NCBI GenBank assembly: GCA_963734535.1
Contig: CAVTHS010000006.1
Span: 207,901 to 271,900, forward strand
Direction: 5' to 3'
Source: an uncultured Chloroflexia bacterium
GTDB taxonomy: Bacteria; Chloroflexota; Limnocylindria; Limnocylindrales; CSP1-4
DNA: 64,000 nucleotides
Part shown: piece after piece, positions 61,940 through 64,000 of the stretch
Layout: every line of letters begins with the position of its first letter
Numbering within the stretch: position 1 is the first letter of the stretch
Made by a program: the position numbers and the translations under genes
Notes under the pieces: generated by a model
What the model saw: the letters and a program-made list of their open reading frames with translations, nothing else
What the model was told of the DNA's origin: nothing
Databases searched by the model: none

Positions 61940-61968
61940 AGGGTAATAGAACGGGTGTGCGATAGCAA
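61940..61968 (-). promoter_or_regulatory. Distal promoter with a LexA-like box in its spacer
   Basis: TTGCTA-17-TACCCT (minus); AGAAC-GGGT-GTGCG at 61948-61961. Confidence 0.5.
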
Positions 61969-62073
61969 TGGGGGCCGATCGGACGCTCCGGCCGTCCGAT
62001 GCGGCCACTCGCCGGTCAGAGTCGCCGGTCGGAATCGCCCGGCTGCCCGAGTCGGCCCCGCGACCGGTCACCG

Positions 62074-62975
62074 TCAGAGCCGGGCGAGGATCTCCTGGCG
62101 CTTCGCGGCGTACTCGTCGTCGGCGACCAGGCCCGCGGTGCGCAGACCCTCGAGCTCCACGAGGCTCGCCTGGACCGACGCGGTCGCGGGCTGGCCCGAC
62201 TGCCGCCCGGACGGGACCGGAATCGGGCCGGCCGCGGACGAGGGAGCGGCGTCGTCGAGGCGCGCTGCGGCCGCCGCCGCGATTTCGAGCGGGCCGCCCG
62301 CAGCGGGCCCAGCTCTGCGAGGTAGGCCGGCAATCCGACCTCGATCCAGCGGCGTTCGGCAGCGGCCGCGGCGAGGACGCCGAGCCAGCGCGCGAGCGCC
62401 TCGAAGTGGTCGTCCCGGGCCTTCGACGCGAGCAGGCCGCGCCGGTTCGCCACGGTGAGGAACAGCGGGCCGCTCGTTCCCGCGACTCCGGCCGGCGCCT
62501 CGCCTGCGCCAACTGCACCCGCCGCTGCGTACGCGAGCGTCACCTCTCCGTGCCGGGCTGCGGCACCGACGATGACGCGCAGCGGGATCTCGGCAAGCAG
62601 CGCTCCCGATGATCGGCGTTGCGCCACGAGCCCGCCGTCGCGCAGGGCGAGCGCGGCGTCATCGGTTGGCTGGACGGCGTCGCCCGTCATCCGGTAGGAG
62701 AGCGCGTCGGCGAGGTGCGCCACCGCGGCGACCAGCGTCGCGTCGGTCGCGCCATCGCCGATCGCGTTGACCTTCATCGTGTAGCGGACCGTCAGGTTGC
62801 GCGCGACGCGCTGCGTTTCGGGCGCTTCCGCCAGCCGAACGGCGCCGATCGCGCCGGCCGCGGCCTCGTCTCGTCGCGACGCGTGCGCCGCACGGCAGGT
62901 CGGGCACGTGTCGAGGAGGGGATGGACGAACGCGCCGCAGGACGGGCAGCGGAGATGATCGAGGGTGAGCCACAT
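62074..62975 (-). CDS. Hypothetical protein: N-terminal zinc ribbon, C-terminal SHOCT (frameshifted)
   Basis: 'CPSCG...CPTC'; C-terminal 'ELEGLRTAGLVADDEYAAKRQEILARL'; leaderless TACCCT-6-ATG. Confidence 0.7.
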
Positions 62976-63002
62976 GCCCACAGGGTAGCGCGCCGGGCGA
63001 GG

Positions 63003-63953
63003 TCAGCTCAGGCCGCTGTACGAGTGGAGGCCGCTGGACCAGAGGGTCCCGAAGAGCGTGAAGAGCACCATCCCGAACCCCACCACGAGCACGATGGCCG
63101 CCGGCCGACCGCGCCATCCCCTCTGGTTTCGGAGGTGGAGGTAGACGGCGTACGCGAGCCACGTCACGAGGGCGCTCGTCTACTTCGGATCCCCAGCCCC
63201 GGTAGCGGCTCCAGGCGATCGACGCCCACCAGCTGCCCAGCACGATCATCGTGGCGAAGACGGGAAAGCCGATGATCACGGCCCGGTAGGCCACGGCATC
63301 GAGGACCTCCCGCGAGGGGAGCCAGGCGAACCGGTCGACGGTCCGGCCGTCCGGCAGTCGCTTCTCCTGGACGAGGTACCCCACGCCGGCCGCGAAGCTC
63401 ATCGCGAAGATGCCGTAGCTGAGCGTCGCGAAGCCGACGTGGATCGTCAGGAGCGGCGGGTTCTGGAGCGCCGGCACCAGCGTCTCGATCGCGTTCGGCA
63501 GGGTCCAGCTGTAGAGGAAGAGCGTGAGCGCCACCCCGAGAGGGAGGAATCCCCAGCGAACGGACGGGGTAGCGCCGTTGGACGAAGAGGTAGCCACCGA
63601 CGATCGCGGTCGTGAACGCGACGCTGAACTCGTACAGGTTCCCCCACGGGCCGCGGCCGACCGCGATGCCGCGAAGGAGCAGCGCGGCCGCGAGGAGCCC
63701 GAACGCCGCAGGCAAGGCCGATGGCGAACGGCCCGGCGGCGCTCCGCGGCGCGCCCTCCCGATCGCCGACCTCCAGCCCCTCCACGAAGCTGCCGCCGAC
63801 CGCCCCCGCGAATGCCGGAGCGCTCCGCGGGGCGAGTGCCATCGCCAGGCGTCGGCCGGTCGCGAGGAGGACGGTGTGGGCCACGTGGGCGGCGAACGCG
63901 CCGACCAGGAGGATCCCGGCGACGACGTAGAGGTAGTACGAACCCGCCGCCAT
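63003..63953 (-). CDS. ccsA: Cytochrome c biogenesis protein CcsA/CcsB (system II; several frameshifts)
   Basis: 'RGPWGNLYEF', 'LVPALQN', 'IHV', 'LDAVAYR', WWD-like 'WWASIAWSRY', 'SGLHSY'. Confidence 0.88.
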
Positions 63954-64000
63954 GTCAGGCGATCGCCGCGCCGCCCGGCGGCGGACCGGCAGGTCGCGCG

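Noticed and set aside
1-64000. Many frameshifted genes (sua5, ppk2, pfk, nrdJ, ccsA, P-type ATPase, CocE and others) as pseudogenes or programmed frameshifts
   Set aside because: Indels hit conserved housekeeping genes, often in G/C runs, without premature stops or motif decay. Sequencing consensus error is the simpler explanation.

Overview
This is a very GC-rich bacterial chromosomal segment. Gene content and the many leaderless TANNNT promoters suggest Chloroflexota, possibly Limnocylindria-like (inference). Many genes, including housekeeping ones, are split by single indels, which most likely reflects long-read consensus error. Coding content includes thyX, MFS/ABC/P-type transporters, a cyclase-STAND protein next to a cNMP-sensing kinase and a REC-TrxB fusion, a CocE hydrolase, sua5, a degenerate GGDEF protein, ppk2, ybaK, a HipA-like kinase/DUF3037 pair, msrA and F420 enzymes. 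Two separate DEAD-box helicase + phosphofructokinase gene pairs are present. There is also a WYL regulator module, a hoxEFUYH [NiFe] hydrogenase whose HoxF is fused to a GltD/NfnB-like domain, and an intein-containing class II RNR (nrdJ) with NrdR boxes. The best candidates for undescribed biology are: (1) a promoter-preceded ~148-nt multi-hairpin ncRNA at 775-922, just downstream of DnaA-like boxes; (2) a WYL regulator flanked by two near-identical operator/extended -10 promoters driving a SWIM protein and a 61-aa protein; (3) the recurring helicase-PFK coupling; (4) the HoxF-GltD fusion hydrogenase; (5) an unannotated 40-aa peptide gene coupled to an ICMT-family methyltransferase.
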